A stretch of DNA of 64,000 nucleotides from Chrysochromulina tobinii. Lineage: Eukaryota. The position numbers and the translations under genes were made by a program. The stretch is taken from NCBI GenBank assembly GCA_001275005.1, contig JWZX01003317.1:1-64000 (forward strand), in the 5' to 3' direction. The notes under the pieces were generated by a model. The model searched no databases. It was not told where the DNA came from and saw nothing but the letters and a program-made list of their open reading frames with translations. Below, one piece after another: positions 10,575 through 21,701 of the stretch. Every line of letters starts with the position of its first letter. Position 1 is the stretch's first letter.

Positions 10575-10993
10575 CATGGGACGGAGTGACATTTTGTGCT
10601 GAGGACCTGCTTTCTCTTTGGCGTCGTGATGGTCCACAGCTCGCGTGACTGCGGGTGGCTTACATGATGCCCTCAGGTGGCTTACTGCATACTGCACTGG
10701 CGTGGAATGACACAAGAGGACAGCGAGTCAGCGACCCTCTGCTAAGCACTCAGGCAGGGAGTCAGGGTGGGCGTGCGCCGTCGACACGTACGTGCGCGGC
10801 GGTCCCGGTCGCCGGAGGTTTTGGTCAATGTGACGGGGGGTCGGTGAGGCATGGTGAGGCCTGTGGGATTTACATGTAGAGAGGTTGTGCCCACAGGAGG
10901 AAGCGGATCCCACGTGTTGTTCTGCGTGAACTGTTGGTGTGATGTGCTCGCCTCCTCCGTGCCGAGACCCTTGGGTGTGCAGCCTCCGCCCCC

Positions 10994-11059
10994 CATACCA
11001 TATGCCCCGGGCCATACCATACCATTATATTCCATTTCATAACATCATTTCATACCATG
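10994..11059. repeat. Degenerate (CCATA/CATTT)n pentamer repeat
   Basis: ccataccatat...ccataccataccattatattccatttcataacatcatttcataccat. Confidence 0.6.
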
Positions 11060-11601
11060 TGGGCGCTGTCGTCCAACCACCTCATGGGCGAGGCGGTCTG
11101 GACTTTCCACTCGCCAGCCACGCGGAGCCACACGCAGGCGACGTGATCGTATGTGTTGTGTGTTTCAAAATGTGTCCGCCAACGGAGAACGGTCACACGC
11201 CAGCCAGGCGAGGTGGTAGCACGGGTTCAGACCCGTTATCAGACCCGGGGTTGACCCGGGGTATGGCGACTCTGAACCGTGTCTGTGAGCGCGGTACGCG
11301 TTGCATGTCGCGAGCATCGCAGCGCAGCATGAGAACATTGCATGAGAATGAATGAAAAGAGAAAAGCGACTGTCACTGTGACGTGTGCGAGGTGTTGCTC
11401 TTCACGCATTTGAGTTTGGTTTGTGCGTGTTGGTGTGACATGAGGAGCGCACACGGAAGGAAGCGTCGGAGAACGCACGAGCGCCGAGCCCGCAAACTTG
11501 CACGCATGCGCTATGAAACAACCAACTCGGCGCCACCGAACGACCGACGAGCGCGACGGTGCCGAGAAGTGGGGCAAGCGGTCCGGCGCCGCGTGGAATA
11601 C

Positions 11602-13006
11602 ATGCCCACAAAGTACTTCCCTCGCATCGCGGAGGTGCGCGCCTACTCGAAGGGAGGAGCGGCCGAGAAGGTGGAGTCGGGCAAGCAGGGCAGTGACTGC
11701 CACGACGTGCCCTCCGAGCACTGGATCAATGGCAACGGAACGATGTGGCCACCGATTGCCAACCCTATGTCTTGCTGGCCCCAATATCAGAACAAGGCGC
11801 GCACAGGGTGGGGAATCAACGCGCTCGGCTCGTGCATCGTCGAAGTCATCGCTGAAGACGGTACCAGCGGCATCGGTGTCACGACCGCGGGCGAGCCCGG
11901 CTGCTACATCGTCGAAAACCACCTGTCGCGCTTCGTCGAGGGCGAGGATCCGCGGAACGTGGAGCAGATCTGGGACAAGATGTGGCGTTCAACGATTAAC
12001 TACGGGCGCAAGGGTCTGCCCCTGCAGGCCATCTCCGCCGTCGACCTCGCGATCTGGGACCTGCTGGGCAAGCTGCGCAACGAACCCGTGTGGGCGCTGC
12101 TCGGTGGCATGACCAAGGAGCGCTGCCCTGTCTACTGCACGACCGCGCGGCCCGATTTGGTCAAGAAAATGGGCTTCGCAGGCGCCAAGATCCCGTGCCC
12201 GTACGGCCCCGCGGACGGTGACGAGGGCTTCCGCAAGAACGTGGAATTCTTCGCAAAGTGTATGACGGCCTGCGGCTCGAAAGCCTCTCATTCTGCGGTT
12301 CCCCTCTCTCCATCTCCCACTGTCTCTCTCACACACAACACACGCTCTCGCAGGGCGCAAGGAGGTGGGCCCCGACTTCCCACTGATGCTCGATTGCTAC
12401 ATGGCGATGAATGTGCCCTACACGATAAAGCTCGCGAAGGCGCTTGCGCCGCTCGGCCTCAAGTGGATTGAGGAATTCCTTCCGCCAGACGACTACGACG
12501 GCTACAAAGAGGTGCGCGAGGCGCTGAAGGGTACGGGCGTGCTCACCACCACGGGCGAGCACGAGTACACGCGCTACGGCTTCCGCAAGCTAATCCAGGA
12601 CCGCGCCGTCGACGTACTGCAGCCCGACATCACGTGGTTGGGTGGTCTCACCGAGGCGCGACGCGTCGTCGCCATGGCCGCAGCCTACGACATACCGGTC
12701 GTGCCACACGGCTCCTCCGTCTATTCGTACCACCTTCAGTACGCCTTTGCCAACTGCCCGCTCGCCGAGTTCATCACGCTCTCGCCCAACGCGGACGCCA
12801 TCCTGCCCTACTTTGGCGGACTTTTCCCGGACGAGCCGCTCCCAAAGGATGGTTTCATCGACCTACCCGACCGCCCTGGCTTTGGCGTCACTTTGTGCCG
12901 CGACGGACTGCGTCGGCCCTACCCTCGCACACCGGCGCAGTCGGCCGCGCAGGCCAAGTTCAACAAAGAGAAACCCCAGCCTACGGTGCCGAGGGTTCGG
13001 CTGTGA
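11602..13006 (+). CDS. rhmD: L-rhamnonate dehydratase (enolase/mandelate racemase superfamily), 2 exons: 11602-12259, 12354-13006
   Basis: HWI...IANPMS, YGRKG...AISAVDLAIWDLLGK, MLDCYM, WIEE.L.PDD, GEHEYTRYGF, VVPHGS; removing GT..AG intron 12260-12353 joins the two ORFs (FFAKWRKEVGPDF). Confidence 0.9.
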
Positions 13007-14036
13007 AAGACCGGTCGACTCTCGGCTGTGAAAGACTCTCGGCAAAGACCAAAGTTGCTCTCGGCGCACGATTCAACCACCTGATGCGGCTCTCGCGCAC
13101 CCTGACGCGTGACGGGCAGCGGCAGGGGCACGGCATGAACCTAAGTCCATCACCGCTTTCGCGCAGATGATATAGACCTCCGCGTTCAGTGACGCACTGA
13201 CCGGTCGAGTAACGGTCGAGTCTCAAACACTCAAACTGTGCGCCGCCGGGCCGGTTCCGCTCCCGCGCCCGGTTCGTCAAGCGCCGGTGTCATGGCAACG
13301 GCGCACAGGCGCACAGCCGCGCACGGTCGCGCGCCGGCGGGGGCGCGGTGCGGCGTGTTGCGTTTCGGCATTCGGGCTCGCCGCGCTTTCGTCGGGCGTG
13401 TTGCCTGCCTCGCGTTGCGGCAGCCCCAGCCGACGTCGTGGCGTTGCACGAGCATCGTTGCGAACGGAACACCAACGAACACTCAACGGTCACGTTCGCA
13501 ACCGCACCGGCGCCACGAAAATCTAGATGCGTTCGCGCGACCCGGCGTGCGGCGCCCCGCCGCGGCGCGGTCTCGCGCGTGGTTGTCAATTCATTATACA
13601 TCCGTGCGCCCCACGGCGTCGTTCGAGCGTCGGAAAATAGCTAATAGGAATAAGCGATACATCGACGCTCGGCTTTCGCGCACGCCGCACGCGGGCTACG
13701 CGGCTAGGCCGAAAGCGGAACAATGAAGCGGAAAGGCCGCTACGCCTTACCCGGTGTGTACCACATGGTGCGGTGATACATCGACCTCAGACGTCCGGAG
13801 CGTTACTGACCCGTGATGAAGGTTAAACCTAGGTTAAAAACCTTGAAGGTAGCTCACGATTACAGCGGTGCAGTTTCGTTTTGGCAAACTTAGTTTCTGG
13901 CTCCGATCATGTGGCTGCATCTTCGCTTTTGGACTTATATGTCGATGCATTACCGCTGGTTGACCCTCTATCCGCCACACCTATCGCGGACCATTATGTA
14001 TCGCGGGGGTTCGTCCTAGATCCGATCTCGCGGCGC

Positions 14037-14741
14037 CTATCGCGGCATCTCAGAAGTGAGCGGCATGAGCTTCCGATCGTCCGGCAGACGCAGATCGAGG
14101 TCCTCGCGCGGGGCCCGCCCGAGAAGCTGATCGGCGACCTTGGCATACTCGTGGCTCTGACGTTGCACACCGCCGTGCTGGCCCGGCCCGAGGCAGCTCG
14201 TTTGCGGCGTGATCTTGACAAGATGCACTTCGAACTTCAGATCGGCGTTCGGAGGCACTGGCCCGTTGCCGGCGGGCCCGTAGCCCAGGGCGGACGGAAT
14301 CATGAGTAAGCTCTTCTCGCCAACGGACATGCGCGCAATGCCGAGGTCCCAGCCCTTGATCACCTTGCCGTGGCCAATCTTGAAGGTGAATTCGCGGCCC
14401 CGCTCGTAAGAGGAGTCGAACTGCGTGCCATCCGAAGCGAGCAAGCCGCGGTAGTGCACATGGCACATGTCTCCGTAGGAAGGGTACGTCTCACCGTCGC
14501 CGACCTCGATGCGGATCACCGAAACGTCATTCGCTGCCGAGGAGATGTCGTCATCGAGCGTAGCCGGTTTTGGCGCTGGCGGAGCGGCCTTGCTGTCCTT
14601 GAACTCGGTAGTTTGAGCGATGTGAGCGGCCGCTTTGTCCTCGTCGCCGTCAAATTTCTCGAGAGCTTCCTTGCAGCTGCCTCGCGGTGCTCCAGTGCGG
14701 TTCTGAAGCAACTTGATCGCTCCAAAAGTGGCGACGCCCAT
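14037..14741 (-). CDS. FKBP-type peptidyl-prolyl isomerase with N-terminal EF-Ts-like UBA domain
   Basis: VHYRG..FDSS..F.IG.GKVIKGWD.G...GYG...VPPNADLKFEV; N-terminus IKLLQNRTGA...CKEALEKFDGDEDKA. Confidence 0.9.
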   Translation of the reverse strand: MGVATFGAIKLLQNRTGAPRGSCKEALEKFDGDEDKAAAHIAQTTEFKDSKAAPPAPKPATLDDDISSAANDVSVIRIEVGDGETYPSYGDMCHVHYRGLLASDGTQFDSSYERGREFTFKIGHGKVIKGWDLGIARMSVGEKSLLMIPSALGYGPAGNGPVPPNADLKFEVHLVKITPQTSCLGPGQHGGVQRQSHEYAKVADQLLGRAPREDLDLRLPDDRKLMPLTSEMPR

Positions 14742-14911
14742 GCGACGGCCCGACCGTTGAGGTCGACCTGTTCTTCAAAATGGCACAGAAAGTATGTTAC
14801 CTTTCGAACTCCCATACGAGCGTTTCGGGGTGCCACGATGTGGGTGCCATTAGTGTGCCATTAAGTTTTTTTGTCTGCACCAAGGCTGGCGGGAAATCTC
14901 GAAATTTTTCA

Positions 14912-17900
14912 ATGCGACGCGACGTCCTCGCGTTCATCGCGGAGCACGAGGTGCAGCACAGCTCGAGTCGCAAGCGAGCTCGCGATTCAGACTCGGCGCA
15001 GCCGCCATGCAGCTTCGCCATCGCAGGTGCGCATGGTGACGACGACGCCGCCATCGCGCGTGACTGGGCCGACCTGGAGGATCGTTGGTGGGTGGCCGCG
15101 TGGCCAGCCCTCCCATGCGAGGCCACTGCGGCGATGTGTGTGCGCACGCGCGCAGCTCACGCGTCGTGCGCCTTCAACCCTCGGCGCCTGGTGCGGGCGT
15201 CGCTCGGCCGCACGGATGCGCCGCTTCTGACGGCGTGGGCCTTGCACAACGCGGGCATCTTGCCTCTCGTCGAGTGGTTCGATGCGCTGCGGCTTCCCGT
15301 CGACGCCGAGGCATGGGCCGGTGCGCTGGCCGAGCTCCACCACCGTGCCTTTGTAAGCCAAAGGGACCTGGACGCCGGTGCCAACCCGTTTGCGAGCCTG
15401 CTCAAGCCGCTATGTGACGCCATCATGGGCATCGCATGCGAGCACATGACCCCGCATATGCCGCCGGCGCGGGTAGCGGCCGAGGCCACCTTGCACGCGT
15501 ACCTCACATGCACACCGCGTGGCTCGTCGTGCGGCCATGGCAAGTCGGAGGCAGCCGCGCTGCGCCGCTGCTCGAGCCTGCTCCGTGAGGCGAGCGCGCT
15601 ACCAGCCGCCGACGTGCACGCTCGGTTCGTAAGGGCATTGCTTGCGAGCTTGGTACGAACGGGCCGAGACGCGCACTTGGGCAGAGCAGAGGATAAGGAT
15701 AAGGAGGAGGAGGAGGAGGAGGAGCGCACGGCGCAACTGCTCGCCGCGCTCAGCCAAGCCGCCACGTCCAGCGCGGACGCCGAAGTGTCCACCGCGGTGA
15801 ACGTTCACACCGCTGTGTCCAGCGCGGACGCCGATGTGTCCACCGCTGTGGAGCCGTTCACATCAGCCGCAGCCGCCCGTCGCGAGTGCGTGGGCGCCTT
15901 GGCGAGCGTGCTCGGTGCTAGCGGCCTCGGTGCGGCGATGATCGACGCGTTGCTGTGCATACCACGTGGGCAGAGCGTTGAGCGAGGCACGCACAGCAGA
16001 TGCATGCATGAGCGCTGGGTGCGCCTGGCGGTGTCCATGCGCGAGGCCGCACCTGCCGCGGCGGCGGTGCTCGCAAGGTCCCTGCTCGACGCAGCGCAGG
16101 AAGCCCTGTGCGCGAACGGCAGCGAGGCTGCGGGTGGGTCTGGCGCACTGCACGGCATGCCGCTTGCGGCACTCATCCTCATGGCGAGCCTCATCGCGAG
16201 GGAGCCCGAGGCGGCGCTTCTCCAGGCGCCTCCACCGCCCGAGGCAACGCACGGCGCCGCCGCTCCCCTCGCTGCCGCCGCTCTCGCCGCTGCCGCTTCT
16301 ACCGCCGCTGCTACCGCCGCTGCTACCGACGACACGGCGGACGCGGCATGCGCGCATGTGGGCAGCCTCACGTATGCGGACTGGCTCGACGCTCTCGCTA
16401 CCTCAGCAGCCCTCGGTGGCGGCAAGGGCGGCGGCGTAGGCAAGGGCGGCGGCGGCAAGGGCGGGCGTGCTGTTGGCCGTGCTGGTGCGGTTGGCGCGAG
16501 CGCGAAGCGCGCGGCGTGCCTGCGTCTGGTGCGCGCGATGAGCGCTCTCGTACCCGTGCAGAGTGCCCTCGAGCTGCGCACACATATCGCGCTCTGCCGC
16601 AACCTGCTGCCAGGCTGGCAGGCTACTGGCGTGGCGGGCGCGGGCGTGGAGCTTGCCGACTATCTACTGCTGTTGCGTACGCGGCTGGTCGACGTCGATG
16701 GGTCGGGCGCCGTGCCGGGCGCCGAGGCGGCGGTGGCCGAGCGTGCGGAGAAGCAGTTGGTGGACGAAGCAGCTCGCGAGATCGAGGCAGCTCTCGATCG
16801 AATGGAGCGCGACGGCGGCCTCAAGGCGAGCGCTGTGCCCGAGAACCTGAAGCGGCTTCGCTTCCTCAACGCGCGGCTGTGGATGCGGCACGTGACACCC
16901 CGCCTGCTCGCAAAGCCGCCACGCCACGAGACCTTCGAGCCCCGCCGCGTGCATCGGCAGCAGCTGCAATTGCGCCTTGTGGAGCTTCTTCGGGCTGCTC
17001 ACATGCTGCCGCCCGCTCCGATCGGCGCGGGCGGCGGCGCGGCGGTGGCCAAGCGCGGCTTGCAGGCTGGATCTCTTCCGAGGCCCCTCGTGGGGATCGA
17101 AGGTGGTCCTGCAGCTAGCGACGACGCACTGGCCGACGTGGCCGTCTCGTTGCCGTTAGATTGGGCAGGATTGTTGGCTGCGCTCCCGAGGCTTGCAGCA
17201 CGCGCCACCAGCGCACCATGGACGGCCATGTCGGCAGTCTCGCCCTTTGCGGCGGCGCTGAATGCGCTCGTGCCGGCCATGCGCCCGCCGCGGCGCGCTG
17301 GGGAAGCGGACGGGCGCGGTGCAGTCGATGCAGGGGCGCTGCCGGCGGGCGAGGCGCTCCGCTGTTGCGGCGGGCGCGTGAGCGCCGTACTGAGCACCGT
17401 GCTCGAGGCCTTTGCCCATTGCCTCGCCGAGGGTGGCCCTCTGAGCACGGATGCGCCCATGACGGCGCCTTCGACCGCGCTGTCGTGGGCCCCCGCGTTC
17501 GTGGAGGCGCTGCTGTGGAAGCCGCAGCAGGCGTGGCCGCAGCTGCACGGCGCGCTGTGGGGATGGGTGCGCCTCGCGATCGCCGGTGAGGCTGGCTGCC
17601 ATGAACGCCCTCTAGCGTACCTGCTGCTCCTCCTCGGTTCAGCACAGCGTGCCGAGTGCGCGCAGAGCGGGCACGCCCCGCCCCCGTGCGCCCAATGCGA
17701 CGCGCAGCTCACGGCCGTCTTCGGGCGCGCCGTGGCGGGCGCGCGCTGCGCGCGCGGCTGCCACGTGGATGCTCTGCTCTCGCTCTTACCCGTCGGGAGC
17801 CCGAGACAGCGCGCGTGGAGCATGCGATTGGGCGCGAGCTGCCTCGAGGCCGCATTCTTCCACTTTGATTGGGTCGACGTGGGCGCAGCGCCACCGGAGA

Positions 17901-18238
17901 GTTGGAGGTCGCATGCAGCGAGCGAGGGGGGTGCACGCGCCGTGGGGTTCGAGCCGCCTGCCACGCCAGCCGGCGGCGCCGCCGTCAGAGTTGGAGGCAG
18001 CAGCGTCACTTCGGCCCCTAGCCGCGCGCTGCTGCCCGCCGCAACGCTGCAGTTGCTGCAGTGGCTCAGCCGGAAAGAGGTGACTGAGCCGGCGGAGCAA
18101 TCGGCGAGGGCCGAGCTACGTCGGTGCTTGGAGCTACCGGGGGGGCGCCTGCTGCTCGCTCAAGAGGCATGCCGCGTGCCCGACCGTGCAGTCCGCGCGT
18201 GGGAGGCGCTCGCGGGTGCAGAGCCAGTCGCCAGCTAG
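14912..18238 (+). CDS. FANCA: FANCA-like protein (Fanconi anaemia group A N-terminal region)
   Basis: AWALHNAGILPL; YADW...LVP.QS...L..HI...LADYLLLLRTRLVD; EIEAAL..ME..G...P..L...F....W..HVTPRLL...LVELLRAAHMLPP, in the same order as recalled for animal FANCA. Confidence 0.65.
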   Translation: MRRDVLAFIAEHEVQHSSSRKRARDSDSAQPPCSFAIAGAHGDDDAAIARDWADLEDRWWVAAWPALPCEATAAMCVRTRAAHASCAFNPRRLVRASLGRTDAPLLTAWALHNAGILPLVEWFDALRLPVDAEAWAGALAELHHRAFVSQRDLDAGANPFASLLKPLCDAIMGIACEHMTPHMPPARVAAEATLHAYLTCTPRGSSCGHGKSEAAALRRCSSLLREASALPAADVHARFVRALLASLVRTGRDAHLGRAEDKDKEEEEEEERTAQLLAALSQAATSSADAEVSTAVNVHTAVSSADADVSTAVEPFTSAAAARRECVGALASVLGASGLGAAMIDALLCIPRGQSVERGTHSRCMHERWVRLAVSMREAAPAAAAVLARSLLDAAQEALCANGSEAAGGSGALHGMPLAALILMASLIAREPEAALLQAPPPPEATHGAAAPLAAAALAAAASTAAATAAATDDTADAACAHVGSLTYADWLDALATSAALGGGKGGGVGKGGGGKGGRAVGRAGAVGASAKRAACLRLVRAMSALVPVQSALELRTHIALCRNLLPGWQATGVAGAGVELADYLLLLRTRLVDVDGSGAVPGAEAAVAERAEKQLVDEAAREIEAALDRMERDGGLKASAVPENLKRLRFLNARLWMRHVTPRLLAKPPRHETFEPRRVHRQQLQLRLVELLRAAHMLPPAPIGAGGGAAVAKRGLQAGSLPRPLVGIEGGPAASDDALADVAVSLPLDWAGLLAALPRLAARATSAPWTAMSAVSPFAAALNALVPAMRPPRRAGEADGRGAVDAGALPAGEALRCCGGRVSAVLSTVLEAFAHCLAEGGPLSTDAPMTAPSTALSWAPAFVEALLWKPQQAWPQLHGALWGWVRLAIAGEAGCHERPLAYLLLLLGSAQRAECAQSGHAPPPCAQCDAQLTAVFGRAVAGARCARGCHVDALLSLLPVGSPRQRAWSMRLGASCLEAAFFHFDWVDVGAAPPESWRSHAASEGGARAVGFEPPATPAGGAAVRVGGSSVTSAPSRALLPAATLQLLQWLSRKEVTEPAEQSARAELRRCLELPGGRLLLAQEACRVPDRAVRAWEALAGAEPVAS

Positions 18239-19480
18239 GAAGCGGGGCGTTGCTGAGGCACAGGCGCGGTCCGTCGCGCGGCAGGAACCAGGACAAGAGC
18301 GCGCCCGCAGCCCAATTAGTTCATAGTGCAAGTGGTCGAAAGACTGAAGTAGCCCGAGGCTCGAGGGGGGCTCGACGTTTTCGCATTTCGGTAATTTTGA
18401 TTGTGACATATATCGGTGACAGCCGAGCCGAAGTACCAATTGGACGTTTTTTTAGTTTTACTCCGTACGAGTCTTAAGATTAAGTGGTCATAACCGAACG
18501 GTTTTGGTTATCGTATGATAACGCGAGTTTAAACTTTCGTTTAATCATCACGCGGCCCCTCCACGTCGTACACAGACGCGCTCTACTACAGCACGTAGCT
18601 ACTTATAAGTTACCGTAGTACCTCTCAAGGTAGCGTAGCTCGCGCAGACGGCTAGCGAAGTCCGAAGATAAGCATATCGGCCATCGCTAGTTCTAGTAAA
18701 ACACGCCCTCTCGCGCACACGTTCCATCGGTCACCTGCGCGAAGCTCCCTCTCTCTCTCTCTGCCTCGCCCCCCGAATCGCGTCCGCGAACCCCAACCCC
18801 GGTATCCCCCCCGGTCCCGCATCCGCCCGGTCGGAGACCCAGACCCGCACCCCCACGCCCCAGCCCCACGAGCGTCCGCGCGCTCGCGGTACATACGCAT
18901 GCGAAATATCCATTGGATTCGTGGAGCAACATGGCGCGTGTCTCCAGTCTCAGACGCGCGCCGGCGTCGCTCCCGCTCCTGTGCGATCCGCGCCCTCCGC
19001 GCCCTCACCCCTCGATAGTAGCTGCCCGATCTCCCGAGCCGAGATCCCATCTACAGCGCGGTTGAATCCGCCCGCCAAATTCCGAGCCGCGAGCGCTGTG
19101 CCGCGCTCGGCTATCGGCTCTATCACCCCCATGTGGACCCTCATTGTAGACCCTCTTGGCTCTGTGGAGCCACTTTGCACATGGCTGTGCCACTTTCCAC
19201 AGCACCTGTGCCCGGCCGCTCCTCCCCCGCCCCCCCTCCTGCTCCCCGCACACTTGGCGTGCCTGGGTACCTGGTTAGTGCCTGGTGTGCCTCACGCGTG
19301 CGCGCGCAAAATCCAACACGGCCGCTCGAAGATGCGAGAGAGCGTTCAAGAGAGCGCGACCTCATCACTTGTGACTTCGGCGGACCTCTCTGCATGCCAA
19401 CATGCGTCCATCTGCCAGGATCTCTCTCACGCGCGAGTAAGCGCACTCTCAAGAGCACACTCGCGACAGAGCGAGAGCGC

Positions 19481-21292
19481 TCACATGCCGCGCCCGGTCG
19501 AGTACGACCACCACGACTCGTTGTAAAGGATCTCGAGCCGGCTCTTAAACCAGAAGCGAGTGGGTTCGGTCGGCTCGCGGTCAGCGTTCTCGTACGTGAA
19601 GCCCTGCACGGCCGGGTGCTTGGCTGCGAAGGCCTTTGCCTCTGCAAAGGTCATGATGGCCTCATGCACGTCGTGACCGGCGATGCACAGCCCGCGGTAC
19701 AGGCCCTCGTGCAGCGGGCCTATGAGCGACTGCTCTTCGATAGGGACGGGCGACGACGGTTGCCCATCCTCTCGGAAGGCTTTGCGGATCCACACTTGCG
19801 AGACCCACTTGGTGTCGACCGCGGGCATGCCCGCGTGCAGCGCGTCCGTGTCGAGCTCACCGTTCAGGAAGCCCGGGAAGAAGATGAGCGCGGTCCCTTT
19901 ATCGGGCTTGATCGAGAGGTCGAGCCGCTTGAAGTGCGTGCACCCCCCCTCGCTCACCTCGTTCAAGTACACGAGCACGGTGGCTACGCGCTGTCCACCC
20001 GCGGCGCAAAACGAGCGGCCCGCTTCGGTGTGTGGGTCGACGCCGTCGTAATGCTCCACGTAGCGCTGAGACGAGGCGTAGCGCGCGACCTGCGGCAGCT
20101 CCATGTGGCCGTACGGCTTGTTGGTCAGGTTGTGGATCTTCTTGAGCAGGATGGGGCACGGGTACACGTGCTTCGCCAGGTGGCACGTGAGCGAGGTGCG
20201 CCCTTTGGTCGCCTCGGAGCCTGCGGCCGCGTGCGTCTTGGAGCGCTGCAGCAAGGGACCCGCGGTCTCAATGAGCGCCTGGCACTCCTCGTCGGTCAAA
20301 AAGTCCTCCACGAGGTACACGGGAGGGCTGTCGTGCACTCGCTTGAGCCCTGCGAGTGCGAGAGGAGAGCGAGAGGGTGAGGAAAGCGAGGTCACGAGTA
20401 TGATCACGAGTAGGTCACGAGAGTGAGAGTACATCAAAGATGAGCGGAGGAGCGCCGCGAGGAGTTCAGAGGAGTATCAGAGGAGCGACCGCGGTAAAGC
20501 GACCGGCACGATCGATGAGATGACGATGAGGGTCCACATGTGATCCCCTGTGCCACCCCCCAGCAGGCGGCGCTTACCAGGATAGTCCGCGTTGAGTTGA
20601 AGGAAAGTAAAGCCGTCCCTCACAGCCTCAGGCGGGTACTCGACCACGAGTGGCAGGTCGCAATGAGGCTGGCTTGGGCGGTCGCGGGGATGCGCAGACT
20701 TGGTGGGATTCGAGCCGGAGGCCGCACCACTTGGCCCAGCAGGAGCAGCCACGGCAGCGTAGGCGCGCCGCTGGCTTGGCAGCCGGGGTGGAGCCCTGGC
20801 GTGGTATTCCCCCTGTATCTTCTCATCTTGCTCCAAGAGGGCAACGTCGATGGTCATTGGCTCCGGCGACGACGTGTCAGGCTGACCATAGGCGGCAACG
20901 GGGCGCCCCGGCACGCTCCTGCGTACCGGGGTTCCGAGGCCTTTGGCCGATGAGTCCAGGAGTTGAAACGACGTCGCTGTTGAGGTGCGGGCCTTTACGC
21001 TGCTGTTCGCTGCTGCAGCTGGCAGTTTGGGAACTAGATTCTGCGCGCTGTTGCGGCTCGAGGGGAAGGACGAGGAGGGTGACGTTGCTGTTACACCCCT
21101 TTGGGATGCCACGGCCCCCGAAGCCACGCGCCGCGCCGCACACATGATACCGCCCGTGCCCCAACTCGTGGATTGATGGCACGAGCTCATGGGGCCGGCG
21201 GACGTGGACGCGGGGCCGGCCCCGCCGCTGAACTTGGGTGCGCCTGGGACCGCTCCCCCCGCACGCTTGCTCGGAGAGGAGACGCCCGGCAT
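19481..21292 (-). CDS. Prolyl 4-hydroxylase-like 2OG-Fe(II) oxygenase, 2 exons: 21292-20578, 20349-19481
   Basis: PPVYLVEDFLT.EEC, RTS, HYD, QRVAT.LVYLN.V.EGG.T.F, LHAG.P...KW..Q.W; intron 20350-20577 (GTAAG..GCAG) restores YPGLKRV; start could also be 21190. Confidence 0.9.
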
Positions 21293-21701
21293 CGTACCTC
21301 CTCCGCAATGTCTGCCTGTGAGCCCGAACGCAGAGTGACGCGGCGTCCGCACACGTTTGTGCGTTGAGTCTGCACTTGAGACTCGCCACCGAAGACGCAC
21401 GCAAAAAAGTCAAAAAAAGTCAATTTATTGCATGCAACTGTGAATCCCTCTTTCATGAGCTCCGGTTTGAGGTCAACAAGTGTTAGGCACTGGCGCACGC
21501 GCGCGCCGCGCGCGTAAACTTGGCTTGGTGAGGTTTCGTCACGGGTTCCTCGTTTCCAAAACGCGTCCAAAGTCGTCAAAGGGAAACTGCTGATTTTGCA
21601 CAGTACGCTCGCATCGCGGTAGAACAGTCTCGCAAGCGCAGACCCTCCCGAAGGTGCTGCTCGCAAGGCGGAGGTCTTTCTTTGTGGCAGGTCTCCGCCG
21701 C

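Noticed and set aside
13819..13845. AT-rich palindrome around AACCTAGGTT
   Set aside because: Short and single; cannot be assigned a function
19130..20540. CATGTGGACCCTCAT shared, inverted, between 19130-19144 and the P4H intron
   Set aside because: Only 15 bp with no extension; insufficient to call an element
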